A stretch of DNA of 64,000 bases, from NCBI GenBank assembly GCA_002011035.2, contig MTLY02000003.1:128001-192000 (forward strand), given 5' to 3'. Positions within the stretch are counted from its first letter, which is position 1; each line of letters starts with the position of its first letter. The position numbers and the translations under genes were made by a program. Below, in pieces: positions 28,720 to 37,751 of the stretch. Origin of the DNA: Candidatus Hecatella orcuttiae. Its GTDB lineage: Archaea; Thermoproteota; Bathyarchaeia; Hecatellales; Hecatellaceae. The notes under the pieces were generated by a model that worked only from the letters and a program-made list of their open reading frames with translations, was not told the DNA's origin and ran no database searches.

Positions 28720-30027
28720 TTATGAACTTCGGCAGCGTTTAATTTGCTGTCCTGTTTTTTTAAACTGGACAAAAAACTTTATGATGAACTCTTTGAGGTT
28801 TAAGGGGTCATCCACATAGGTGATGGTGGAGGTTCCGTTTAGCCTCGCCATTTTTTCGCAGAAACGTCTCAGCTCCGGCCGCCGGTCCAGTATGATGATG
28901 TTAAGCCTGATGTCGGCTTTCCCGGCCATGTAGGCAGCCCTCAAGGCGCTTTCTTCAGGTGTTTCATCCCCATGGCAGGCTGCAGTGGGTTCCCCGTCTG
29001 TTATCAGGAAAATGTTCTTGTTGCCTTCTTCCCGGGAGAGAAGCTCTGTGGCGAAGTCGATAACCTGTCCTATGTCAGTGTATCCATAAGGCCTCAGCTT
29101 AACGATCTGCCCGTAGGACAAGAGTTGAGGCCTCTGGTTGTAGGCTACTACATGGAGTTTATCTTCCTTGTAGTCCCTCTGAAGTATCTCTCTGAAAGCC
29201 AAGGCTGCCGCTATGCCTCCTCTAAACTTATTCCCTCGCATGGAGTAGGACACGTCGACCAAAAGGGCGTTGGTTGACTTGGCTTCGTGGAGGGGAACCC
29301 TGATTTTCAAGTCATCCTCCGCGATCCTCATGTTCACAGGGTCTCTTACTGCCGTGCGGATAAGGGTCTCCTGAATGTCCAACATATCGTAAGAGTGCTG
29401 GAATTCGTCGAATTCCCGGAGAGTGGAGGAGGGCATACTACCCCAACCGGTTTCCTCAATCTCATGGGGGCCCTTATCTTGATGTTTTTTCAGGTTTAAG
29501 AAAACTTCCTCCAACACTTTCTCAGCTATGATTTTCTCACTTTTCTCCGTAAACTCCGGATACAAGGCTAAAACGTTCTGGTAAGGCCAATCCTTCGGCG
29601 GCTTCAGCTCAATCCAACCTTCCTTGTTGAGGGCTTCCAGTATCTGGTTGAGGAAATGCTGGATCAGCTGTTCGGCTTGAAGATCTGAAGGCTGAATTTC
29701 ACCTTTTTTGATTTTCTCCAGAAGCTGCTGCCAAGCTTTCTCTTTGGCTTTACGCTGCAGCACGTATTCTTTCAGCCATCGGCTGTCGTGGCTTCTCATC
29801 CAATGCCAAAGTTGGCTTTCCGCCTCCGCGCCGAGGCTTTCCTCCATACACTGGTTCTTGCATTGCCGAATGAGCTCTTCCAGCAGTTGAGATTCAGATT
29901 TTTTTTCACGTGATTGCGCATCAGGATTAAAAAGCTTGTAAAGAAGGTCCCCTGTCATCTCTTTTCCTAGAATGGAGGAAAGCTCTTGCTCCTCAGGCTT
30001 TCTGCACAGTTCACATTCAGGCTTCAT
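28720..30027 (-). CDS. VWA (MIDAS) domain protein, partner of the upstream AAA+ ATPase
   Basis: DVSYSM, YTDIG and ITDGEP MIDAS motifs; ATG at 30027 overlaps the end of the ATPase gene. Confidence 0.85.
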   Translation of the reverse strand: MKPECELCRKPEEQELSSILGKEMTGDLLYKLFNPDAQSREKKSESQLLEELIRQCKNQCMEESLGAEAESQLWHWMRSHDSRWLKEYVLQRKAKEKAWQQLLEKIKKGEIQPSDLQAEQLIQHFLNQILEALNKEGWIELKPPKDWPYQNVLALYPEFTEKSEKIIAEKVLEEVFLNLKKHQDKGPHEIEETGWGSMPSSTLREFDEFQHSYDMLDIQETLIRTAVRDPVNMRIAEDDLKIRVPLHEAKSTNALLVDVSYSMRGNKFRGGIAAALAFREILQRDYKEDKLHVVAYNQRPQLLSYGQIVKLRPYGYTDIGQVIDFATELLSREEGNKNIFLITDGEPTAACHGDETPEESALRAAYMAGKADIRLNIIILDRRPELRRFCEKMARLNGTSTITYVDDPLNLKEFIIKFFVQFKKTGQQIKRCRSS

Positions 30028-31483
30028 TTTCCACCAGCTCTCCCAAATAGTAGGTGAAGTCCTTTTTGTCCACCAACCTAGGAGCACAGTGAAGCATGGA
30101 TTCTAGGATGATCTCCACGGTTGAAAGATAATAATCGTCTTCCAGCGCATCGTCGCGGGAAATAGCCCTTACGTACTGGTTGATTACTCTATACTTTCTC
30201 AGCTTGGGGACAAGCTCCATTCGAACGGATAAAGCCTGTCTCCCATCCGAGGGTGTGCCGCAGGCTCTCAGAGCATCGTAGAATTCTCGAAACTTTTCAG
30301 AGGAAAGCTGATTGTAGATTTCTTTGCAGGTTTGCTTCAAAGCCTCCTCCAGCAGCTTGTCCACGATCTCCTCCTTCTTGTCCACAAACCCAAATTCCAC
30401 TTCCATCCTGCCTACGAGGGCAAGTTTGACTATTTCGTTGAATTCCCCGTAGTCGGAGAGGAGAGGCGTCCTCCGGCCGCTTCTCAGAGCTTTAGATAGA
30501 ACGTGGTCAAATAGTTTTATGGTAGCTCTGCAGGAAGGCTCCGATTCTATCCTCCGAGCGTCGGCAAACCGCTCCTTGTCGCGGGCGTACCTAACCGTTC
30601 TCGCCAATATCTCCTGATGCCAAGGAGGTATCTTGGGGGTCTCTCCGGATCGCGTGGCGTAAAACGTGTTCCTCAAACCTATTTCTATTTCCTCCTCCAA
30701 AGTCTCAGGAGGCCCTATTTCTATTTCCTCCATCCTGTCTAGGAGAGGCTCTTTGATGGGTGAGGTTCCCCGGTAGTTGGCGGGATTGGTGGAAGCTAAC
30801 TCCAGGGTATCGATCTTGAAGGGGACAATATCCCCCTCCATGGTGGTCACCTGATGTTCTTCAAAGAACTCGTGGAGCAGAGTCTGCAGGGATGAGGGCA
30901 CTGCCCCCAATTCGTCGAAGTATCCAACCCCCCGATTGGCTTTGAGGGCCCTTCCGGGAATGAAGACTTCAGGATGGTCCAGCTCATAGCCTTCCCTAAT
31001 CTTCTGAATGGATATGCCGCCTATGAGCTGCCTGCTGGTGAGCATAGGGTCCCCGGGAATCCTGACCCATATCCGCGGAATCCAAGTGAGCTCTACCCTG
31101 TTGCTTTCCAGAAGCCTCTTTCTGCAGGAGAAACAGGAAGGCCGAGTGGGGTCGTCGTGGATTTTACATCCCTTCACCGCCAAGAGTTTGGTGGGAAGCA
31201 GCTGCGCTATAGCCTTGGAGAAAGTTGTCTTACCGTAGCCTTTTCTTCCCTTGAAGAGGATGGGGGAATTGGAGAGGAGGGCGTTTTTCACCAGCTCTTT
31301 TTCCTTTCTCTTTCCAACTACGCTTGGGAAGATGTCCACTCCAGCCTTTTCACTTTCCAAGATTTTCTCTATTATGTAGTCGATGGTGTGTTTTGAGTGG
31401 TACTCCTTGTAGGGGGGACTCCAGATGTCGATTTCTTCCCCGTAGAGGGTGAAGACTGGAGCGTTACTCTCCTTTACCACCAC
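30017..31483 (-). CDS. ChlI/MoxR-like AAA+ ATPase
   Basis: GRKGYGKTT, GCKIHDDP..PSCFSC, ANRGVGYFDE, STNP, LLDR. Confidence 0.87.
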   Translation of the reverse strand: MVVKESNAPVFTLYGEEIDIWSPPYKEYHSKHTIDYIIEKILESEKAGVDIFPSVVGKRKEKELVKNALLSNSPILFKGRKGYGKTTFSKAIAQLLPTKLLAVKGCKIHDDPTRPSCFSCRKRLLESNRVELTWIPRIWVRIPGDPMLTSRQLIGGISIQKIREGYELDHPEVFIPGRALKANRGVGYFDELGAVPSSLQTLLHEFFEEHQVTTMEGDIVPFKIDTLELASTNPANYRGTSPIKEPLLDRMEEIEIGPPETLEEEIEIGLRNTFYATRSGETPKIPPWHQEILARTVRYARDKERFADARRIESEPSCRATIKLFDHVLSKALRSGRRTPLLSDYGEFNEIVKLALVGRMEVEFGFVDKKEEIVDKLLEEALKQTCKEIYNQLSSEKFREFYDALRACGTPSDGRQALSVRMELVPKLRKYRVINQYVRAISRDDALEDDYYLSTVEIILESMLHCAPRLVDKKDFTYYLGELVENEA

Positions 31484-31646
31484 TTCCTCGAAGATGAGGC
31501 GGTCTATTTCGCCTGTTCCGAGTTTGGAGGGATTCGGCGTTTTTCCACAACTCCCTAGATATCTGGGATGAGAGTTATCACAATATAGATTTACTTACTT
31601 ATTTATTTCACGTTTTACAAACAAATAACAGCCCAGAGAGGGGCCT

Positions 31647-32225
31647 TCAGCCGCTTTCCCTCTGGGAGCTCTCAGCCGCTTTCCCCACCGCCTTGGCCAC
31701 CTTAACCATGCTGGGCCGGAGGAGTTTACCGTGGAGGAGGTAGCCTTTCCGGAGGACCTCTACCACGGTGTTATCTTCAGCCGAATCGGTTTGAACTTGC
31801 TCCACCGCCTCGTGGACGGCTGGATTGAAAGTTTTTCCCAAGGCATCGATTTCCGTTACGCCTCGATCTTTCAGGGTTTCCTTTAAATCCCTTAAGGTCA
31901 TCCGGATTCCTTCAGCCAGTGGCCCTTCTCCCGCAGAGGGCCCGGTGTATTGAGCTGCTCTCTCTAGGTTGTCCACGATTTCCAGAAGCTTCACCATGAG
32001 TGGAATGCTCTGAGCCTCCGTGGCTTCTTCGATTTCCTTTTTAACCTTCTTCTGATAGTTGTCGAAGTCTGCTTGAAGATATTTAAGCTGGTTGAGGTAG
32101 CCTTCCGCCCGCGCCTTCTCCTCCTCCAAGGCTTTCCTAAGTTTTTCTATTTCTCCCTTCAGCTTTTCAGGGTCCGCTGTTTCGATTTCTTTTTCTTCTT
32201 TTTCATGAGGCTCCGAGGAACCCAC
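31647..32225 (-). CDS. grpE: Nucleotide exchange factor GrpE
   Basis: LQADFDNYQK, LLEIVDNLERA, FNPAVHEAV, KGYLLHGKLLRPSMVKV. Confidence 0.93.
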   Translation of the reverse strand: MGSSEPHEKEEKEIETADPEKLKGEIEKLRKALEEEKARAEGYLNQLKYLQADFDNYQKKVKKEIEEATEAQSIPLMVKLLEIVDNLERAAQYTGPSAGEGPLAEGIRMTLRDLKETLKDRGVTEIDALGKTFNPAVHEAVEQVQTDSAEDNTVVEVLRKGYLLHGKLLRPSMVKVAKAVGKAAESSQRESG

Positions 32226-32403
32226 GGCTTTTTGCTACCCCCTGAAAAGCATTTTTAAAGCGAAAGTTTTCAGCATTTGAAAAACTGCGTTTCCATAATA
32301 AGTTTTTCGGGTTTTCAGCCGAAGAGTAGGGTATGAATTTTTAAATCAGCAGCGAGCTTTCTATGCAAATAGAGCTGAGAAAGCTGAAGGAGTGAAATGA
32401 AAC

Positions 32404-33165
32404 TTGTCCAGCGTTAAAATGGAAGAAATGCGTGTTGTGGAAACAGCTCCCTTTGACGTCAAGAAGCAAGCCTTTATCGTCGGGGTTCCGGACGTAGGTT
32501 TGGTGGGCCCTATCGCCGCCTCCCACTTAGTCCAGTCGCTGGGTATGACGGAGATAGGATACGTGGAGTCAGATATGCTCCCCCCAGTGGTAATCGTCCA
32601 CAAAAACCATCCCAAGCCTCCCTTGAGGCTTTACGGCTCCGGAAGCCTAGCCGTCATGACCACGGAAGTGGCCTTGACTCCCAAGTCTCTCTTCTACCTC
32701 ACCCGGGCTCTCACCCGGTGGGCTAAGATGAGGGGGATCGAATTTGTCGTGGGGATGACAGGTCTGGCTATCCCCAACCGAATGGATGTGGAGAAACCCA
32801 CCGTTTACGCGGTGGGCTCCACCGACAGTGCTAAAGCTCTCATTAAGAAGGCTGAGATTCCTCCCTTCGACGAGGGGGTTCTTGTGGGAACTTATGCTTT
32901 GCTCATCCGAGAGTGCCTCCGGGAAAACCAGCCTAACATCACCCTTCTCGCCGAGTCTCACTTCCAGTTTCCAGACCCTGGAGCTTCGGCCTCCACTATT
33001 CAAAGCCTGAACTCCCTGCTGAACCTCAACATAGGGGTTGAGGAGCTTTTGGAGAAGGCTGAGGAGATAAGGGTGAAAGCTCGGGAGCTCATGAGAAGAA
33101 CTCAAGAGCAGCTGAGAGGCATGCATAAGGTACAGGAGCAAGAGGTCCCGGGAATTTACGTTTAG
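32404..33165 (+). CDS. PAC2-family proteasome assembly chaperone (PbaA/PbaB-like)
   Basis: GVPDVGLVGPIAA, PPLRLY, FPDPGAS, LLEKAEEIR, C-terminal IYV (HbYX-like). Confidence 0.88.
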   Translation: MSSVKMEEMRVVETAPFDVKKQAFIVGVPDVGLVGPIAASHLVQSLGMTEIGYVESDMLPPVVIVHKNHPKPPLRLYGSGSLAVMTTEVALTPKSLFYLTRALTRWAKMRGIEFVVGMTGLAIPNRMDVEKPTVYAVGSTDSAKALIKKAEIPPFDEGVLVGTYALLIRECLRENQPNITLLAESHFQFPDPGASASTIQSLNSLLNLNIGVEELLEKAEEIRVKARELMRRTQEQLRGMHKVQEQEVPGIYV

Positions 33166-33177
33166 GGGGGGTCAGCC

Positions 33178-33624
33178 ATGTCAACTAGGAAAAGGCGTTC
33201 CTTTTTCGACCTCTTCGATGAGATCAGAAGCGAAATAGACCGAATGATGAAAGAATTCACCGAAGCCATGCTGCCTGAAACGCCCATGTACGACGTGACC
33301 AAGAAGGAGCTTCAACCCCTCACCAACATCCAAGAAACCGAGGAAAACGTCATCGTCACCATAGACCTGCCCTGCGTCAGAAAGGAAGACATAAAGCTTC
33401 ACATCACAAAAGACAGTCTCAAAGTTGAAGCTCCCACCCGGCAGTGCATTCAATTCGAGCCGTGGGGACCCTTCCAAAGGCAGGTGGAGTTTGAAGTCTT
33501 TCGGAAAATCCTGAAACTACCCACCACCGTGGAAGCCAAGAAAGCTAGGGCCAGGTTCCAAGGCGGCATCTTGGAGGTAACCATCCCCAAAAAGACCGTG
33601 GGCTTCGAGGTGCCCATCGAGTAG
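33178..33624 (+). CDS. Small heat-shock protein Hsp20
   Basis: PLTNIQET, IDLPCVRKEDI, ARARFQGGILEVTIPK, C-terminal VPIE. Confidence 0.92.
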   Translation: MSTRKRRSFFDLFDEIRSEIDRMMKEFTEAMLPETPMYDVTKKELQPLTNIQETEENVIVTIDLPCVRKEDIKLHITKDSLKVEAPTRQCIQFEPWGPFQRQVEFEVFRKILKLPTTVEAKKARARFQGGILEVTIPKKTVGFEVPIE

Positions 33625-33681
33625 AAGGCCATCCTCCGGCAGCAGGCTCTGCCTTAAAAAGCCTCGGATCGAGCAGCGGGG

Positions 33682-34785
33682 ATGATGATGGTTCAAAAAA
33701 GGAGACAGGTCACCTACAGGGAAGCCGGCGTAGACATCGAAGCTGAGGAAGAGGCCCTCAGAGAAGTTGTGAAAAAATGCCATGAAAGCTTCGTCTTCCG
33801 AAAAGGACCCGGCAGCGCTGTTATCCCCATTTCCCACTTCTCCGGCGTCGTCAAAATTTCCGAGAAACTGGGCTTGGCTGTGAAGACCGACGGAGTGGGA
33901 TCCAAGGTTCTTATCGCCCAGCTTATGGAGAAATACGACACCGTGGGCATCGACTGCGTGGCCATGAACGTGAACGACGTAGTCTGCGTGGGAGCGGAGC
34001 CCCTCTCCTTCGTCGACTACATCGCCGTTCAAAAGCCGGACCCGCTGCTTTTAAAGGAGATAGCCTCAGGCCTCGTGGAGGGAGCCAGAAGGGCGAAGGT
34101 GGCCATCGTGGGGGGTGAAATAGCTCAGCTTCCAGAAATCATCCAAGGTAGCGTGGAAGGCAGAGGATTCGACTTAGCTGGCATGTGCATCGGCCTCCTG
34201 CCCCTGAATCGCCTGCTTTCAGGGGAAGCTGTTAGGGAAGGCGATGTGGTCGTAGGGTTTGAAAGCTCAGGCATCCACAGCAACGGTCTAACCTTGGCTA
34301 GGAAAGTTCTCCTAGAAAAGGCTAAACTCAGCCTCTTCAAGCCTGCGGAAGGACTTGACAGGCCCTTGGGGGAAGAACTGCTCGAGCCCACCCGCATCTA
34401 TGTGGCGGAGGCTCTGGAAATGCTAGATTCGGGCCTCCAGGTTAAGGCTATGGCTCACATCACCGGAAAAGGCCTCCTAAACCTAGGGAGGATAGGTGGA
34501 GATTGCGGTTTCCTCATCGAAAACCTACCCCCTCCTCCCCCCATCTTTAACCTCATCCAAAGCAGTGGAAAGGTGGCTGAGGAGGAAATGTACCGGGTCT
34601 TCAACATGGGAATAGGTTTCTGCGCGGTGATTCCTAAGGAAGAAGTTGATTTAGCGTTAAAAATAGCGGAAAAACACGGTGGAAGAGCTCATCTTCTAGG
34701 AAAAGCTGTAAAAGACCCTGAAAGGAGGATCCGAATAAAACCCAAGCGGTTGGTTGGCGTTAGAGGGAGATTTGAGAAATATTAG
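33682..34785 (+). CDS. purM: Phosphoribosylformylglycinamidine cyclo-ligase
   Basis: TYREAGVDI, TDGVGSK, GIDCVAMNVND, GGEIAQLP, SSGIHSNG, AHITG, MYRVFNMGIG. Confidence 0.95.
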   Translation: MMMVQKRRQVTYREAGVDIEAEEEALREVVKKCHESFVFRKGPGSAVIPISHFSGVVKISEKLGLAVKTDGVGSKVLIAQLMEKYDTVGIDCVAMNVNDVVCVGAEPLSFVDYIAVQKPDPLLLKEIASGLVEGARRAKVAIVGGEIAQLPEIIQGSVEGRGFDLAGMCIGLLPLNRLLSGEAVREGDVVVGFESSGIHSNGLTLARKVLLEKAKLSLFKPAEGLDRPLGEELLEPTRIYVAEALEMLDSGLQVKAMAHITGKGLLNLGRIGGDCGFLIENLPPPPPIFNLIQSSGKVAEEEMYRVFNMGIGFCAVIPKEEVDLALKIAEKHGGRAHLLGKAVKDPERRIRIKPKRLVGVRGRFEKY

Positions 34786-34877
34786 CTTCTGTAAGGAAGA
34801 AGTCCTTCCCAGCCGGATTATCAAAAATCTTATATTTCTAGGCCCGATTAAAAAACAGTTTAACGGAGGTAGTTTCC

Positions 34878-35957
34878 TTGGCTGAGATAAGAGTCGCTAT
34901 AGCCGGTGTCGGCAACTGCGCTTCTTCCTTAGTCCAAGGAGTCTACTACTACAGAAACGTAAGTGATGATGAAAAAGTTTTAGGTCTCATGCACACGGTT
35001 TTCGGAGGATACAGAATCGGAGACATACGGTTTGTAGCAGCCTTCGACGTGGACCCCAGAAAAATCGGAAAAGACCTCTCCCAAGCCATCTTCTCCGCGC
35101 CCAACTGTACCCTGAAGTTCTCCGATGTCCCATACTTGGGGGTACCGGTTCAACCAGCGCCTATGCTGGATGGTGTGGCACCTCACATGATGGAAAGCTT
35201 CGGGCTTAAGGACGACGACCCCGTGGAGCCCGTGGAGATCGTTGATGTCCTGAGAGCTTCGGAGGCTGATATGCTGATCAACTATCTTCCCGTAGGCAGC
35301 CGACAGGCTACGCAGTATTATGCGGAAGCCGCGCTTAAAGCTGGCTGCGGATTCGTCAACGCCATACCGGAGTTCATAGCCTCCAGTCCAGAATGGGTGA
35401 AAAGGTACGAGGAAGTAGGCTTGCCGCTGGCTGGCGATGACATCAAAAGCCAAGTGGGTGCGACTATCATCCATAGGACCTTAGTGGAGCTTTTGGAGAG
35501 CAGAGGCGTCAAAGTGGATGAAACCTATCAGCTGAACATCGGGGGAAACACCGACTTCCTCAACATGACGGTGGAGGATCGCTTGGCTAGGAAGAGGATA
35601 AGCAAAACCGAGGCGGTTACAAGTCTTCTCCCCTACGAAATACCTGTGCGGATAGGCCCCTCCGACTACGTGCCTTTCCTCAACGACCAGAAAATATGTT
35701 ACCTCCACATTAAGGGGAAGAAGTTCGGCGGCGCCTCCATTACGGTGGACCTGAAACTTGCGGTGGAGGACTCTCCAAACAGCGCTGGAGTCATGGTCGA
35801 TGTGATTCGGGCGATGAAGTTGGGGTTAGACAGGGAGTTAGGCGGAGTCTTAACCAGCATCTCAGCCTACGCCTTTAAACATCCACCTCAACAGGTTCCA
35901 GACCATCAAGCCAGAGTGTGGGTGGAGGAATTCATCCAAGGTAAAAGACAGCGGTGA
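34878..35957 (+). CDS. ino1: myo-inositol-1(3)-phosphate synthase
   Basis: GVGNCASSLVQG, GDDIKSQVGAT, QLNIGGNTDFLN, SKTEAV, DSPNSAG; GGAGGT RBS. Confidence 0.95.
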   Translation: MAEIRVAIAGVGNCASSLVQGVYYYRNVSDDEKVLGLMHTVFGGYRIGDIRFVAAFDVDPRKIGKDLSQAIFSAPNCTLKFSDVPYLGVPVQPAPMLDGVAPHMMESFGLKDDDPVEPVEIVDVLRASEADMLINYLPVGSRQATQYYAEAALKAGCGFVNAIPEFIASSPEWVKRYEEVGLPLAGDDIKSQVGATIIHRTLVELLESRGVKVDETYQLNIGGNTDFLNMTVEDRLARKRISKTEAVTSLLPYEIPVRIGPSDYVPFLNDQKICYLHIKGKKFGGASITVDLKLAVEDSPNSAGVMVDVIRAMKLGLDRELGGVLTSISAYAFKHPPQQVPDHQARVWVEEFIQGKRQR

Positions 35958-36078
35958 AAACTCCGCTGTTAGATTCACCTCACCTACACCACCCTAGGGA
36001 AGTTTGACTCAGCTTTCAAGAAGCGATAGTGTAGTGTAGGGTTTAATCTTTAAATTCTTCATCCAACCATGTCGAAGG

Positions 36079-37248
36079 ATGATGATACCTTCAACCGTCA
36101 GGGTGGCTACGGGTCTATACTGTAACTGGGATTCTTTCGTCAGAGTAGACAGTCAGGTTCTTCGCTGGGTTGAGAACTTGCAAAAAGTAAAACCGCAAGC
36201 CGTTGTTTTAAAGTCCTTGGAAGAAGCTGTATACACTCTGCAAAAAGCTTTCAGGGAAGGAGGAAGGGAGTTCCTCATATCCCGGGAACTCTACTCTTCT
36301 CTTGATTCTCTTTTTAAGAGGAGGGAGAAAAGAGTTGGAGGCAACGGTTACCATATGGGTAAAGTTTTGTTCGACCTAGGTCTTAGGCCGTTGGTATCCT
36401 ACCCTTGCCGGCCTCCCAACCTCATGCGGGCTTCCCCGGCTTTCAAGATAGCTTGTGGAAAAGAATTCAAATTGCCTGAGGAGGCAGTACGGGTCGGGGA
36501 CCCGGAATACGACCACATCGTCTTCGAGTTTACAGAAGACCCTTCTCTAGGGGTTTTCTTAGAAGGGCGCCATATACTCTCCTGGGACAGGATGTCTTCG
36601 GAGGGAAAATTTGACTACGACTTTCTGGAGCATGCCTCCGACCGGAGGTTCGTGGACGTTCTGATTCTCGCCTACGCCCATCTTCTTCTCCCAGATTTCA
36701 AAAAGAAAACCGACGAGGTAGTTGACTACTTGGACGGTTCGAGGAGGCCAAAAGTGCACTTGGAACTGGGTCAAGGTTCGGAGGAGGCTTTAACCTATGC
36801 CCTAAAAAAGTTCACAGACTATCACTGCGTAGACTCTCTAGGTCTTAACGAGAAAGAATGCGCAGACTTCCTGAAGGCTTCTTCAGGAAGACCTGAAGAC
36901 CTAGCTGAAGCTGCATTGGAGGCCGCTAAGCTCTATGGTGTGGACAGAGTCTGCGTTCACTCATCCTCCTTCGCCCTATCCGTATCGAAGTACAGCTTAG
37001 ACAGGGAAGCGGAAGCCTTGACCACAGGCCGTTTGGTCGCCGCGGCTAAAACCTTCGGTCTTCCCTTCGAAGAAAGTCTGAATTCAGCTGCTGGTCTTCC
37101 CTGCTCAGAGGTTAAGCCGAGAAAAGAGAAGAGAGACGGCTACAGCCTCTGCCTCATTCCCGCTCTCATAAACAGGAACCCAAAGGTTTTAACAGGCCTA
37201 GGAGACGCCTTCGCTGCTTCTCAGTCAGTCAAGGCGCTTATTCCCTAA
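36079..37248 (+). CDS. ADP-dependent glucokinase/phosphofructokinase family protein (divergent)
   Basis: NWD, RVGGNG, HIVFEF, VHLELG, DSLGLNEKE, VHS, TGLGDAF. Confidence 0.75.
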   Translation: MMIPSTVRVATGLYCNWDSFVRVDSQVLRWVENLQKVKPQAVVLKSLEEAVYTLQKAFREGGREFLISRELYSSLDSLFKRREKRVGGNGYHMGKVLFDLGLRPLVSYPCRPPNLMRASPAFKIACGKEFKLPEEAVRVGDPEYDHIVFEFTEDPSLGVFLEGRHILSWDRMSSEGKFDYDFLEHASDRRFVDVLILAYAHLLLPDFKKKTDEVVDYLDGSRRPKVHLELGQGSEEALTYALKKFTDYHCVDSLGLNEKECADFLKASSGRPEDLAEAALEAAKLYGVDRVCVHSSSFALSVSKYSLDREAEALTTGRLVAAAKTFGLPFEESLNSAAGLPCSEVKPRKEKRDGYSLCLIPALINRNPKVLTGLGDAFAASQSVKALIP

Positions 37249-37250
37249 AG

Positions 37251-37712
37251 ATGAAGGGCTTTGTTCGCAGTGTGGTAAAATTATATGCCGGGAGGTTTTA
37301 TTCCAAAATTATGGAAGCTTCGGGTACAGGTATATTGACAGCGTCCGCTGGAAAGGGAAGAACCGCTGCGAACAGCGTAGGCATCTTCATGGAAAGAGGA
37401 GCAGTTCTCTGCATCTTTGGCAGAGAATCTCCCCATGTGGGTGCTGTAGCTTTGGCTGTCCCTCGGCCGAGTTTGAAGGATCCTCGTAGGCTGAGTGCAA
37501 CTTCCTCGGTGCTCACGGTAGTCGGCCATAAGGAAGATGAAATAGTTAAACCTCTTTCAGAGGAAGCCGCCAAGAAGCTTAACCTCACCACAGTAGTTGT
37601 GGCAGGTCTTCACGTGGAGAAAGCCTCAGACCGGGACATCGAAGCCTTAAAAGAAAACGCTAAGCTGAGCGCAGAAAAACTCGTGAAAACCTTCATGAGA
37701 CGTTGGAAATAA
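37251..37712 (+). CDS. LpdD-like (prenylated-flavin chaperone family) protein; true start may be downstream
   Basis: PHVGAVALAVPRPSLKDP, SATSSVLT..GHKEDE, VVVAGLH. Confidence 0.65.
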   Translation: MKGFVRSVVKLYAGRFYSKIMEASGTGILTASAGKGRTAANSVGIFMERGAVLCIFGRESPHVGAVALAVPRPSLKDPRRLSATSSVLTVVGHKEDEIVKPLSEEAAKKLNLTTVVVAGLHVEKASDRDIEALKENAKLSAEKLVKTFMRRWK

Positions 37713-37743
37713 AAAGACAACCCTGCCGGGCGACCCCGGCGGG
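37711..37743 (-). terminator. GC-rich hairpin plus T-run ending the ferritin-like gene (may be bidirectional)
   Basis: CCTGCCGGG-CGAC-CCCGGCGGG at 37722-37743; followed by GTTGTCTTTTT on the minus strand; lies between convergent genes. Confidence 0.6.
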
Positions 37744-37751
37744 AGCTAGGG

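Noticed and set aside
35980-36042. CCTACAC...GTGTAGG inverted repeat between ino1 and the ADP kinase
   Set aside because: Only a 7-bp stem with a long loop; too weak to call a riboswitch or sRNA
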